DNA of 64,000 bases from Eledone cirrhosa. Its lineage: Eukaryota. The notes under the pieces were generated by a model. The model had not been told where the DNA came from and did no database searches. It was given only the letters and a program-made list of their open reading frames with translations. Positions 27,001-42,200 of the stretch are shown here, piece after piece. Location: NCBI GenBank assembly GCA_964016885.1, contig OZ024744.1:13392001-13456000 (forward strand), given 5' to 3'. Positions within the stretch are counted from its first letter, which is position 1. Every line of letters starts with the position of its first letter. A program made the position numbers and the translations under genes.

Positions 27001-27299
27001 AGAGAGTCACTCTTGTTAAAGCTACTCTCTAAATTGAGAGATCACAACTCCATACTATGGACATGGGGTTTGAATGTCTCAGTAGAACAGAGAGTCACTC
27101 CAGTTAAAGCTACTCTCTAAATTGAGAGATCACAACTCCAATACTATGGACATGTGGTTAGAATGTCTCAGTAGATCAGAGAAACACTCCAGTTAAAGCT
27201 ACTCTCTAAATTGAGAGATCACATCTCCCATACTATGGACATGTGGTTAGAATGTCTCAGTAGAACAGAGAGTCTCTCTTGTTAAAGCTACTCTCTAAA

Positions 27300-30200
27300 T
27301 TGAGAGATCACAACTCCATACTATGGACATGGGGTTTGAATGTCTCAGTAGAACAGAGAGTCTCTCTTGTTAAAACTACTCTCTAAATTGAGAGATCACA
27401 ACTCCATACTATGGACATGGGGTTTGAAAGTCTCAGTAGATTAGAGTGTCACTCCAGTTAAAGCCACTCTCTAAATTCAGAGATCACAACTCCAACACTA
27501 TGGACATGGGGTTTGAATGTCTCAGTAGATCAGAGTGTCACTCCAGTTAAAGTTACTCTCTAAATTGAGAGATCACAACTCCAATAATATGGACATGGGG
27601 TTTGAATGTCTCAGTAGATCAGAGAGTCACTCCAGTTAAAGCTACTCTCTAAATTGAGAGATCACAACTCCAATACTATAGTCATGTGGTTAGAATGTCT
27701 CAGTAGATCAGGGAGTCATTCTTGTTAAATCTACTCTCTAAATTGAGAGATCACAACTCCCATACTATGGACATGTGGTTACAATCTCTCAGTAGATCAG
27801 AGAGTCATTCCACTTAAAGCGACTCTCTAAATTGAGAGATCACAACTCCCATACTATGGACGTGTGGTTAGAATGTCTCAGTAGATCAGAGAATCACTCC
27901 AGTTAAAGCTACTCTCTAAATTGAGAGTTCACAACTCCCATACTATGGAAATGTGGTTAGAACGTCTCAGTAGATCAGAGAGTCACTCCAGTTAAAGCCA
28001 CTCTCTAAATTGAGAGATCACAACTCCAATACTATGGACATGTGGTTAGAATGTCTCAGTAGATCAGAAAGTCACTCCAGTTAAAGCTACACTCTAAATT
28101 GAGAGATCACAACTCCTATACTATGGACATAGGGTTAGAATGTCTCAGTAGATCACAGTGTCACTCCAGTAAAAGCCACTCTCTAAATTGAGGGATCACA
28201 ACTCCCATACTATGGACATGTTGTTAGAATGTCTCAGTAGATCAGAGAGTCACTCCAGTTAAAGCCACTCTCTAAATTGAGAGATCACAACTCCAATACT
28301 ATGGACATGTGGTTAGAATGTCTCAGTAGATCAGAGAGTCACTCCAGTTAAAGCCACTCTCTAAATTGAGAGATCACAACTCCCATACTATAGACATGTG
28401 GTTAGAATGTCTCAGTAGATCAGAAAGTTACTCCAGTTAAAGCTACACTCTAAATTGAGAGATCACAACTGCAATACTATGGACATGGGGTTAGAATGTC
28501 TCAGTAGATCAGAGTGTCACTCCAGTTAAAGCCACTCTCTAAATTGAGGGATCACAACTCCCATACTATGGACATGTTGTTAGAATGTCTCAGTAGATCA
28601 GAGAGTCACTCCAGTTAAAGCCACTCTCTAAATTGAGAGATCACAACTCCAATACTATGGACATGGGGTTTGAAAGTCTCAGTAGATTAGAGTGTCACTC
28701 CAGTTAAAGCTACTCTCTGAATTGAGAGATCACAACTCCAATACTATGGACATGGGGTTTGAATGTCTCAGTAGATCAGAGAGTCGCTCAAGTTAAAGCC
28801 ACTCTCTAAATTGAGAGATCACAACTCCAATACTATTGACATGTGGTTAGAATGTCTCAGTAGATCAGAGTGTCACTCCAGTTAAAGCTACTCTCTAAAT
28901 TGAGAGATCACATCTCCCATACTATGGACATGTGGTTAGAATGTCTCAGTAGATCAGAGAGTCACTCTTGTTAAAGCTACTCTCTAAATTGAGAGATCAC
29001 AACTCCCATACTATGGACATGTCGTTTAAATGTCTCAGTAGATCAGAGAGTCACTCCAGTTAAAGCTGCTCTCTAAATTGAGAGATCACAACTCCCATAC
29101 TATGGACATGGGGTTTGAATGTCTCACTAGATCAGAGAGTCACTCCAGTTAAAGCTACTCTCTAAATTGAGAGATCACAACTCCCATACTATGGACGTGT
29201 GGTTAGAATGTCTCAGTAGATCAGAGAATCACTCCAGTTAAAGCTACTCTCTAAATTGAGAGATCACAACTCCCATACTATGGAAATGTGGTTAGAATGT
29301 CCCAGTAGATCAGAGAGTCACTCCAGTTAAAGCCACTCTCTAAATTGAGAGATCACAACTCCAATACTATGGACATGGGGTTTGAATGTCTCACTAGATC
29401 AGAGAATCACTCCAGTTAAAGCTACTCTCTAAATTGAGAGATCACAACTCCAATACTATGGAAATGTGGTTAGAATGTCTCAGTAGATCAGAGAATCACT
29501 CCAGTTAAAGCTACTCTCTAAATTGAGAGATCACAGCTCCCATACTATGGACATGTGGTTAGAATGTCTCAGTAGAACAGAGAGTCTCTCTTGTTAAAGC
29601 TACTCTCTAAATTGAGAGGTCACAACTCCAATACTATGGACATGTTGTTAGAATGTCTCAGTAGATCAGAGTGTCACTCCAGTTAAAGCCACTCTCTAAA
29701 TTGAGAGATCACAACTCCAATACTATGGACATGGGGTTTGAAAGTCTCAGTAGATTAGAGTGTCACTCCAGTTAAAGCTACTCTCTAAATTGAGAGATCA
29801 CAACTCCAAGACTATGGACATGGGGTTTGAATGTCTCAGTAGATCAGAGAGTCGCTCAAGTTAAAGCCACTCTCTAAATTGAGAGATCACAACTCCAATA
29901 CTATGGACATGTGGTAAGAATGTCTCAGTAGATCAGAGTGTCACTCCAGTTAAAGCTACTCTCTAAATTGAGAGATCACATCTCCCATACTATGGACATG
30001 TGGTTAGAATGTCTCAGTAGATCAGAAAGTCACTCCAGTTAAAGCTACACTCTAAATTGAGAGATCACAACTCCTATACTATGGACATAGGGTTAGAATG
30101 TCTCAGTAGATCACAGTGTCACTCCAGTAAAAGCCACTCTCTAAATTGAGGGATCACAACTCCCATACTATGGACATGTTGTTAGAATGTCTCAGTAGAT

Positions 30201-33200
30201 CAGAGAGTCACTCCAGTTAAAGCCACTCTCTAAATTGAGAGATCACAACTCCAATACTATGGACATGTGGTTAGAATGTCTCAGTAGATCAGAGAGTCAC
30301 TCCAGTTAAAGCCACTCTCTAAATTGAGAGATCACAACTCCCATACTATAGACATGTGGTTAGAATGTCTCAGTAGATCAGAAAGTTACTCCAGTTAAAG
30401 CTACACTCTAAATTGAGAGATCACAACTCCAATACTATGGACATGGGGTTAGAATGTCTCAGTAGATCAGAGTGTCACTCCAGTTAAAGCCACTCTCTAA
30501 ATTGAGGGATCACAACTCCCATACTATGGACATGTTGTTAGAATGTCTCAGTAGATCAGAGAGTCACTCCAGTTAAAGCCACTCTCTAAATTGAGAGATC
30601 ACAACTCCAATACTATGGACATGGGGTTTGAAAGTCTCAGTAGATTAGAGTGTCACTCCAGTTAAAGCTACTCTCTGAATTGAGAGATCACAACTCCAAT
30701 ACTATGGACATGGGGTTTGAATGTCTCAGTAGATCAGAGAGTCGCTCAAGTTAAAGCCACTCTCTAAATTGAGAGATCACAACTCCAATACTATTGACAT
30801 GTGGTTAGAATGTCTCAGTAGATCAGAGTGTCACTCCAGTTAAAGCTACTCTCTAAATTGAGAGATCACAACTCCCATACTATGGAAATGTGGTTAGAAT
30901 GTCTCAGTAGATCAGAGAGTCTCTCTTGTTAAAGCTACTCTCTAAATTGAGAGAACACAACTCCATACTATGGACATGGGGTTTGAATGTCTCAGTAGAA
31001 CAGAGAGTCTCTCTTGTTAAAACTACTCTCTAAATTGAGAGATCACAACTCCATACTATGGACATGGGGTTTGAAAGTCTCAGTAGATTAGAGTGTCACT
31101 CCAGTTAAAGCCACTCTCTAAATTCAGAGATCACAACTCCAACACTATGGACATGGGGTTTGAATGTCTCAGTAGATCAGAGTGTCACTCCAGTTAAAGT
31201 TACTCTCTAAATTGAGAGATCACAACTCCAATAATATGGACATGGGGTTTGAATGTCTCAGTAGATCAGAGAGTCACTCCAGTTAAAGCTACTCTCTAAA
31301 TTGAGAGATCACAACTCCAATACTATAGTCATCTGGTTAGAATGTCTCAGTAGATCAGGGAGTCATTCTTGTTAAATCTACTCTCTAAATTGAGAGATCA
31401 CAACTCCCATACTATGGACATGTGGTTACAATCTCTCAGTAGATCAGAGAGTCATTCCACTTAAAGCGACTCTCTAAATTGAGAGATCACAACTCCCATA
31501 CTATGGACGTGTGGTTAGAATGTCTCAGTAGATCAGAGAATCACTCCAGTTAAAGCTACTCTCTAAATTGAGAGTTCACAACTCCCATACTATGGAAATG
31601 TGGTTAGAACGTCTCAGTAGATCAGAGAGTCACTCCAGTTAAAGCCACTCTCTAAATTGAGAGATCACAACTCCAATTCTATGGACATGTGGTTAGAATG
31701 TCTCAGTAGATCAGAAAGTCACTCCAGTTAAAGCTACACTCTAAATTGAGAGATCACAACTCCTATACTATGGACATAGGGTTAGAATGTCTCAGTAGAT
31801 CACAGTGTCACTCCAGTAAAAGCCACTCTCTAAATTGAGGGATCACAACTCCCATACTATGGACATGTTGTTAGAATGTCTCAGTAGATCAGAGAGTCAC
31901 TCCAGTTAAAGCCACTCTCTAAATTGAGATATCACAACTCCAATACTATGGACATGTGGTTAGAATGTCTCAGTAGATCAGAGAGTCACTCCAGTTAAAG
32001 CCACTCTCTAAATTGAGAGATCACAACTCCCATACTATAGACATGTGGTTAGAATGTCTCAGTAGATCAGACAGTTACTCCAGTTAAAGCTACACTCTAA
32101 ATTGAGAGATCACAACTCCAATACTATGGACATGGGGTTAGAATGTCTCAGTAGATCAGAGTGTCACTCCAGTTAAAGCCACTCTCTAAATTGAGGGATC
32201 ACAACTCCCATACTATGGACATGTTGTTAGAATGTCTCAGTAGATCAGAGAGTCACTCCAGTTAAAGCCACTCTCTAAATTGAGAGATCACAACTCCAAT
32301 ACTATGGACATGGGGTTTGAAAGTCTCAGTAGATTAGAGTGTCACTCCAGTTAAAGCTACTCTCTGAATTGAGAGATCACAACTCCAATACTATGGACAT
32401 GGGGTTTGAATGTCTCAGTAGATCAGAGAGTCGCTCAAGTTAAAGCCACTCTCTAAATTGAGAGATCACAACTCCAATACTATTGACATGTGGTTAGAAT
32501 GTCTCAGTAGATCAGAGTGTCACTCCAGTTAAAGCTACTCTCTAAATTGAGAGATCACATCTCCCATACTATGGACATGTGGTTAGAATGTCTCAGTAGA
32601 TCAGAGAGTCACTCTTGTTAAAGCTACTCTCTAAATTGAGAGATCACAACTCCCATACTATGGACATGTCGTTTAAATGTCTCAGTCGATCAGAGAGTCA
32701 CTCCAGTTAAAGCTGCTCTCTAAATTGAGAGATCACAACTCCCATACTATGGACATGGGGTTTGAATGTCTCACTAGATCAGAGAGTCACTCCAGTTAAA
32801 GCTACTCTCTAAATTGAGAGATCACAACTCCCATACTATGGACGTGTGGTTAGAATGTCTCAGTAGATCAGAGAATCACTCCAGTTAAAGCTACTCTCTA
32901 AATTGACAGATCACAACTCCCATACTATGGAAATGTGGTTAGAATGTCTCAGTAGATCAGAGAGTCACTCCAGTTAAAGCCACTCTCTAAATGGAGAGAT
33001 CACAACTCCAATACTATGGACATGGGGTTTGAATGTCTCACTAGATCAGAGAATCACTCCAGTTAAAGCTACTCTCTAAATTGAGAGATCACAGCTCCCA
33101 TACTATGGACATGTGGTTAGAATGTCTCAGTAGAACAGAGAGTCTCTCTTGTTAAAGCTACTCTCTAAATTGAGAGGTCACAACTCCAATACTATGGACA

Positions 33201-36200
33201 TGTTGTTAGAATGTCTCAGTAGATCAGAGTGTCACTCCAGTTAAAGCCACTCTCTAAATTGAGAGATCACAACTCCAATACTATGGACATGGGGTTTGAA
33301 AGTCTCAGTAGATTAGAGTGTCACTCCAGTTAAAGCTACTCTCTAAATTGAGAGATCACAACTCCAAGACTATGGACATGGGGTTTGAATGTCTCAGTAG
33401 ATCAGAGAGTCGCTCAAGTTAAAGCCACTCTCTAAATTGAGAGATCACAACTCCAATACTATGGACATGTGGTAAGAATGTCTCAGTAGATCAGAGTGTC
33501 ACTCCAGTTAAAGCTACTCTCTAAATTGAGAGATCACATCTCCCATACTATGGACATGTGGTTAGAATGTCTCAGTAGATCAGAAAGTCACTCCAGTTAA
33601 AGCTACACTCTAAATTGAGAGATCACAACTCCTATACTATGGACATAGGGTTAGAATGTCTCAGTAGATCACAGTGTCACTCCAGTAAAAGCCACTCTCT
33701 AAATTGAGGGATCACAACTCCCATACTATGGACATGTTGTTAGAATGTCTCAGTAGATCAGAGAGTCACTCCAGTTAAAGCCACTCTCTAAATTGAGAGA
33801 TCACAACTCCAATACTATGGACATGTGGTTAGAATGTCTCAGTAGATCAGAGAGTCACTCCAGTTAAAGCCACTCTCTAAATTGAGAGATCACAACTCCC
33901 ATACTATAGACATGTGGTTAGAATGTCTCAGTAGATCAGAAAGTTACTCCAGTTAAAGCTACACTCTAAATTGAGAGATCACAACTCCAATACTATGGAC
34001 ATGGGGTTAGAATGTCTCAGTAGATCAGAGTGTCACTCCAGTTAAAGCCACTCTCTAAATTGAGGGATCACAACTCCCATACTATGGACATGTTGTTAGA
34101 ATGTCTCAGTAGATCAGAGAGTCACTCCAGTTAAAGCCACTCTCTAAATTGAGAGATCACAACTCCAATACTATGGACATGGGGTTTGAAAGTCTCAGTA
34201 GATTAGAGTGTCACTCCAGTTAAAGCTACTCTCTGAATTGAGAGATCACAACTCCAATACTATGGACATGGGGTTTGAATGTCTCAGTAGATCAGAGAGT
34301 CGCTCAAGTTAAAGCCACTCTCTAAATTGAGAGATCACAACTCCAATACTATGGACATGGGGTTTGAATGTCTCACTAGATCAGAGAATCACTCCAGTTA
34401 AAGCTACTCTCTAAATTGAGAGATCACAACTCCAATACTATGGAAATGTGGTTAGAATGTCTCAGTAGATCAGAGAATCACTCCAGTTAAAGCTACTCTC
34501 TAAATTGAGAGATCACAGCTCCCATACTATGGACATGTGGTTAGAATGTCTCAGTAGAACAGAGAGTCTCTCTTGTTAAAGCTACTCTCTAAATTGAGAG
34601 GTCACAACTCCAATACTATGGACATGTTGTTAGAATGTCTCAGTAGATCAGAGTGTCACTCCAGTTAAAGCCACTCTCTAAATTGAGAGATCACAACTCC
34701 AATACTATGGACATGGGGTTTGAAAGTCTCAGTAGATTAGAGTGTCACTCCAGTTAAAGCTACTCTCTGAATTGAGAGATCACAACTCCAATACTATGGA
34801 CATGGGGTTTGAATGTCTCAGTAGATCAGAGAGTCGCTCAAGTTAAAGCCACTCTCTAAATTGAGAGATCACAACTCCAATACTATTGACATGTGGTTAG
34901 AATGTCTCAGTAGATCAGAGTGTCACTCCAGTTAAAGCTACTCTCTAAATTGAGAGATCACATCTCGCATACTATGGACATGTGGTTAGAATGTCTCAGT
35001 AGATCAGAGAGTCACTCTTGTTAAAGCTACTCTCTAAATTGAGAGATCACAACTCCCATACTATGGACATGTCGTTTAAATGTCTCAGTAGATCAGAGAG
35101 TCACTCCAGTTAAAGCTGCTCTCTAAATTGAGAGATCACAACTCCCATACTATGGACATGGGGTTTGAATGTCTCACTAGATCAGAGAGTCACTCCAGTT
35201 AAAGCTACTCTCTAAATTGAGAGATCACAACTCCCATACTATGGACGTGTGGTTAGAATGTCTCAGTAGATCAGAGAATCACTCCAGTTAAAGCTACTCT
35301 CTAAATTGACAGATCACAACTCCCATACTATGGAAATGTGGTTAGAATGTCTCAGTAGATCAGAGAGTCACTCCAGTTAAAGCCACTCTCTAAATGGAGA
35401 GATCACAACTCCAATACTATGGACATGGGGTTTGAATGTCTCACTAGATCAGAGAATCACTCCAGTTAAAGCTACTCTCTAAATTGAGAGATCACAGCTC
35501 CCATACTATGGACATGTGGTTAGAATGTCTCAGTAGAACAGAGAGTCTCTCTTGTTAAAGCTACTCTCTAAATTGAGAGGTCACAACTCCAATACTATGG
35601 ACATGTTGTTAGAATGTCTCAGTAGATCAGAGTGTCACTCCAGTTAAAGCCACTCTCTAAATTGAGAGATCACAACTCCAATACTATGGACATGGGGTTT
35701 GAAAGTCTCAGTAGATTAGAGTGTCACTCCAGTTAAAGCTACTCTCTAAATTGAGAGATCACAACTCCAAGACTATGGACATGGGGTTTGAATGTCTCAG
35801 TAGATCAGAGAGTCGCTCAAGTTAAAGCCACTCTCTAAATTGAGAGATCACAACTCCAATACTATGGACATGTGGTAAGAATGTCTCAGTAGATCAGAGT
35901 GTCACTCCAGTTAAAGCTACTCTCTAAATTGAGAGATCACATCTCCCATACTATGGACATGTGGTTAGAATGTCTCAGTAGATCAGAAAGTCACTCCAGT
36001 TAAAGCTACACTCTAAATTGAGAGATCACAACTCCTATACTATGGACATAGGGTTAGAATGTCTCAGTAGATCACAGTGTCACTCCAGTAAAAGCCACTC
36101 TCTAAATTGAGGGATCACAACTCCCATACTATGGACATGTTGTTAGAATGTCTCAGTAGATCAGAGAGTCACTCCAGTTAAAGCCACTCTCTAAATTGAG

Positions 36201-39200
36201 AGATCACAACTCCAATACTATGGACATGTGGTTAGAATGTCTCAGTAGATCAGAGAGTCACTCCAGTTAAAGCCACTCTCTAAATTGAGAGATCACAACT
36301 CCCATACTATAGACATGTGGTTAGAATGTCTCAGTAGATCAGAAAGTTACTCCAGTTAAAGCTACACTCTAAATTGAGAGATCACAACTCCAATACTATG
36401 GACATGGGGTTAGAATGTCTCAGTAGATCAGAGTGACACTCCAGTTAAAGCCACTCTCTAAATTGAGGGATCACAACTCCCATACTATGGACATGTTGTT
36501 AGAATGTCTCAGTAGATCAGAGAGTCACTCCAGTTAAAGCCACTCTCTAAATTGAGAGATCACAACTCCAATACTATGGACATGGGGTTTGAAAGTCTCA
36601 GTAGATTAGAGTGTCACTCCAGTTAAAGCTACTCTCTGAATTGAGAGATCACAACTCCAATACTATGGACATGGGGTTTGAATGTCTCAGTAGATCAGAG
36701 AGTCGCTCAAGTTAAAGCCACTCTCTAAATTGAGAGATCACAACTCCAATACTATGGACATGGGGTTTGAATGTCTCACTAGATCAGAGAATCACTCCAG
36801 TTAAAGCTACTCTCTAAATTGAGAGATCACAACTCCAATACTATGGAAATGTGGTTAGAATGTCTCAGTAGATCAGAGAATCACTCCAGTTAAAGCTACT
36901 CTCTAAATTGAGAGATCACAGCTCCCATACTATGGACATGTGGTTAGAATGTCTCAGTAGAACAGAGAGTCTCTCTTGTTAAAGCTACTCTCTAAATTGA
37001 GAGGTCACAACTCCAATACTATGGACATGTTGTTAGAATGTCTCAGTAGATCAGAGTGTCACTCCAGTTAAAGCCACTCTCTAAATTGAGAGATCACAAC
37101 TCCAATACTATGGACATGGGGTTTGAAAGTCTCAGTAGATTAGAGTGTCACTCCAGTTAAAGCTACTCTCTAAATTGAGAGATCACAACTCCAAGACTAT
37201 GGACATGGGGTTTGAATGTCTCAGTAGATCAGAGAGTCGCTCAAGTTAAAGCCACTCTCTAAATTGAGAGATCACAACTCCAATACTATGGACATGTGGT
37301 AAGAATGTCTCAGTAGATCAGAGTGTCACTCCAGTTAAAGCTACTCTCTAAATTGAGAGATCACATCTCCCATACTATGGACATGTGGTTAGAATGTCTC
37401 AGTAGATCAGAAAGTCACTCCAGTTAAAGCAACACTCTTAATTGAGAGATCACAACTCCTATACTATGGACATAGGGTTAGAATGTCTCAGTAGATCACA
37501 GTGTCACTCCAGTAAAAGCCACTCTCTAAATTGAGGGATCACAACTCCCATACTATGGACATGTTGTTAGAATGTCTCAGTAGATCAGAGAGTCACTCCA
37601 GTTAAAGCCACTCTCTAAATTGAGAGATCACAACTCCAATACTATGGACATGTGGTTAGAATGTCTCAGTAGATCAGAGAGTCACTCCAGTTAAAGCCAC
37701 TCTCTAAATTGAGAGATCACAACTCCCATACTATAGACATGTGGTTAGAATGTCTCAGTAGATCAGAAAGTTACTCCAGTTAAAGCTACACTCTAAATTG
37801 AGAGATCACAACTCCAATACTATGGACATGGGGTTAGAATGTCTCAGTAGATCAGAGTGTCACTCCAGTTAAAGCCACTCTCTAAATTGAGGGATCACAA
37901 CTCCCATACTATGGACATGTTGTTAGAATGTCTCAGTAGATCAGAGAGTCACTCCAGTTAAAGCCACTCTCTAAATTGAGAGATCACAACTCCAATACTA
38001 TGGACATGGGGTTTGAAAGTCTCAGTAGATTAGAGTGTCACTCCAGTTAAAGCTACTCTCTGAATTGAGAGATCACAACTCCAATACTATGGACATGGGG
38101 TTTGAATGTCTCAGTAGATCAGAGAGTCGCTCAAGTTAAAGCCACTCTCTAAATTGAGAGATCACAACTCCAATACTATTGACATGTGGTTAGAATGTCT
38201 CAGTAGATCAGAGTGTCACTCCAGTTAAAGCTACTCTCTAAATTGAGAGATCACAACTCCCATACTATGGAAATGTGGCTAGAATGTCTCAGTAGATCAG
38301 AGAGTCACTCCAGTTAAAGCCACTCTCTAAATTGAGAGATCACAACTCCAATACTATGGACATGGGGTTTGAATGTCTCACTAGATCAGAGAATCACTCC
38401 AGTTAAAGCTACTCTCTAAATTGAGAGATCACAACTCCAATACTATGGAAATGTGGTTAGAATGTCTCAGTAGATCAGAGAATCACTCCAGTTAAAGCTA
38501 CTCTCTAAATTGAGAGATCACAGCTCCCATACTATGGACATGTGGTTAGAATGTCTCAGTAGAACAGAGAGTCTCTCTTGTTAAAGCTACTCTCTAAATT
38601 GAGAGGTCACAACTCCAATACTATGGACATGTTGTTAGAATGTCTCAGTAGATCAGAGTGTCACTCCAGTTAAAGCCACTCTCTAAATTGAGAGATCACA
38701 ACTCCAATACTATGGACATGGGGTTTGAAAGTCTCAGTAGATTAGAGTGTCACTCCAGTTAAAGCTACTCTCTAAATTGAGAGATCACAACTCCAAGACT
38801 ATGGACATGGGGTTTGAATGTCTCAGTAGATCAGAGAGTCGCTCAAGTTAAAGCCACTCTCTAAATTGAGAGATCACAACTCCAATACTATGGACATGTG
38901 GTAAGAATGTCTCAGTAGATCAGAGTGTCACTCCAGTTAAAGCTACTCTCTAAATTGAGAGATCACATCTCCCATACTATGGACATGTGGTTAGAATGTC
39001 TCAGTAGATCAGAAAGTCACTCCAGTTAAAGCTACACTCTAAATTGAGAGATCACAACTCCTATACTATGGACATAGGGTTAGAATGTCTCAGTAGATCA
39101 CGGTGTCACTCCAGTAAAAGCCACTCTCTAAATTGAGGGATCACAACTCCCATACTATGGACATGTTGTTAGAATGTCTCAGTAGATCAGAGAGTCACTC

Positions 39201-42200
39201 CAGTTAAAGCCACTCTCTAAATTGAGAGATCACAACTCCAATACTATGGACATGTGGTTAGAATGTCTCAGTAGATCAGAGAGTCACTCCAGTTAAAGCC
39301 ACTCTCTAAATTGAGAGATCACAACTCCCATACTATAGACATGTGGTTAGAATGTCTCAGTAGATCAGAAAGTTACTCCAGTTAAAGCTACACTCTAAAT
39401 TGAGAGATCACAACTCCAATACTATGGACATGGGGTTAGAATGTCTCAGTAGATCAGAGTGTCACTCCAGTTAAAGCCACTCTCTAAATTGAGGGATCAC
39501 AACTCCCATACTATGGACATGTTGTTAGAATGTCTCAGTAGATCAGAGAGTCACTCCAGTTAAAGCCACTCTCTAAATTGAGAGATCACAACTCCAATAC
39601 TATGGACATGGGGTTTGAAAGTCTCAGTAGATTAGAGTGTCACTCCAGTTAAAGCTACTCTCTGAATTGAGAGATCACAACTCCAATACTATGGACATGG
39701 GGTTTGAATGTCTCAGTAGATCAGAGAGTCGCTCAAGGTAAAGCCACTCTCTAAATTGAGAGATCACAACTCCAATACTATTGACATGTGGTTAGAATGT
39801 CTCAGTAGATCAGAGTGTCACTCCAGTTAAAGCTACTCTCTAAATTGAGAGATCACATCTCCCATACTATGGACATGTGGTTAGAATGTCTCAGTAGATC
39901 AGAGAGTCACTCTTGTTAAAGCTACTCTCTAAATTGAGAGATCACAACTCCCATACTATGGACATGTCGTTTAAATGTCTCAGTAGATCAGAGAGTCACT
40001 CCAGTTAAAGCTGCTCTCTAAATTGAGAGATCACAACTCCCATACTATGGACATGGGGTTTGAATGTCTCACTAGATCAGAGAGTCACTCCAGTTAAAGC
40101 TACTCTCTAAATTGAGAGATCACAACTCCCATACTATGGACGTGTGGTTAGAATGTCTCAGTAGATCAGAGAATCACTCCAGTTAAAGCTACTCTCTAAA
40201 TTGAGAGATCACAACTCCCATACTATGGAAATGTGGTTAGAATGTCTCAGTAGATCAGAGAGTCACTCCAGTTAAAGCCACTCTCTAAATTGAGAGATCA
40301 CAACTCCAATACTATGGACATGGGGTTTGAATGTCTCACTAGATCAGAGAATCACTCCAGTTAAAGCTACTCTCTAAATTGAGAGATCACAACTCCAATA
40401 CTATGGAAATGTGGTTAGAATGTCTCAGTAGATCAGAGAATCACTCCAGTTAAAGCTACTCTCTAAATTGAGAGATCACAGCTCCTATACTATGGACATG
40501 TGGTTAGAATGTCTCAGTAGAACAGAGAGTCTCTCTTGTTAAAGCTACTCTCTAAATTGAGAGGTCACAACTCCAATACTATGGACATGTTGTTAGAATG
40601 TCTCAGTAGATCAGAGTGTCACTCCAGTTAAAGCCACTCTCTAAATTGAGAGATCACAACTCCAATACTATGGACATGGGGTTTGAAAGTCTCAGTAGAT
40701 TAGAGTGTCACTCCAGTTAAAGCTACTCTCTAAATTGAGAGATCACAACTCCAAGACTATGGACATGGGGTTTGAATGTCTCAGTAGATCAGAGAGTCGC
40801 TCAAGTTAAAGCCACTCTCTAAATTGAGAGATCACAACTCCAATACTATGGACATGTGGTAAGAATGTCTCAGTAGATCAGAGTGTCACTCCAGTTAAAG
40901 CTACTCTCTAAATTGAGAGATCACATCTCCCATACTATGGACATGTGGTTAGAATGTCTCAGTAGATCAGAAAGTCACTCCAGTTAAAGCTACACTCTAA
41001 ATTGAGAGATCACAACTCCTATACTATGGACATAGGGTTAGAATGTCTCAGTAGATCACGGTGTCACTCCAGTAAAAGCCACTCTCTAAATTGAGGGATC
41101 ACAACTCCCATACTATGGACATGTTGTTAGAATGTCTCAGTAGATCAGAGAGTCACTCCAGTTAAAGCCACTCTCTAAATTGAGAGATCACAACTCCAAT
41201 ACTATGGACATGTGGTTAGAATGTCTCAGTAGATCAGAGAGTCACTCCAGTTAAAGCCACTCTCTAAATTGAGAGATCACAACTCCCATACTATAGACAT
41301 GTGGTTAGAATGTCTCAGTAGATCAGAAAGTTACTCCAGTTAAAGCTACACTCTAAATTGAGAGATCACAACTCCAATACTATGGACATGGGGTTAGAAT
41401 GTCTCAGTAGATCAGAGTGTCACTCCAGTTAAAGCCACTCTCTAAATTGAGGGATCACAACTCCCATACTATGGACATGTTGTTAGAATGTCTCAGTAGA
41501 TCAGAGAGTCACTCCAGTTAAAGCCACTCTCTAAATTGAGAGATCACAAATCCAATACTATGGACATGGGGTTTGAAAGTCTCAGTAGATTAGAGTGTCA
41601 CTCCAGTTAAAGCTACTCTCTGAATTGAGAGATCACAACTCCAATACTATGGACATGGGGTTTGAATGTCTCAGTAGATCAGAGAGTCGCTCAAGGTAAA
41701 GCCACTCTCTAAATTGAGAGATCACAACTCCAATACTATTGACATGTGGTTAGAATGTCTCAGTAGATCAGAGTGTCACTCCAGTTAAAGCTACTCTCTA
41801 AATTGAGAGATCACATCTCCCATACTATGGACATGTGGTTAGAATGTCTCAGTAGATCAGAGAGTCACTCTTGTTAAAGCTACTCTCTAAATTGAGAGAT
41901 CACAACTCCCATACTATGGACATGTCGTTTAAATGTCTCAGTAGATCAGAGAGTCACTCCAGTTAAAGCTGCTCTCTAAATTGAGAGATCACAACTCCCA
42001 TACTATGGACATGGGGTTTGAATGTCTCACTAGATCAGAGAGTCACTCCAGTTAAAGCTACTCTCTAAATTGAGAGATCACAACTCCCATACTATGGACG
42101 TGTGGTTAGAATGTCTCAGTAGATCAGAGAATCACTCCAGTTAAAGCTACTCTCTAAATTGAGAGATCACAACTCCCATACTATGGAAATGTGGTTAGAA

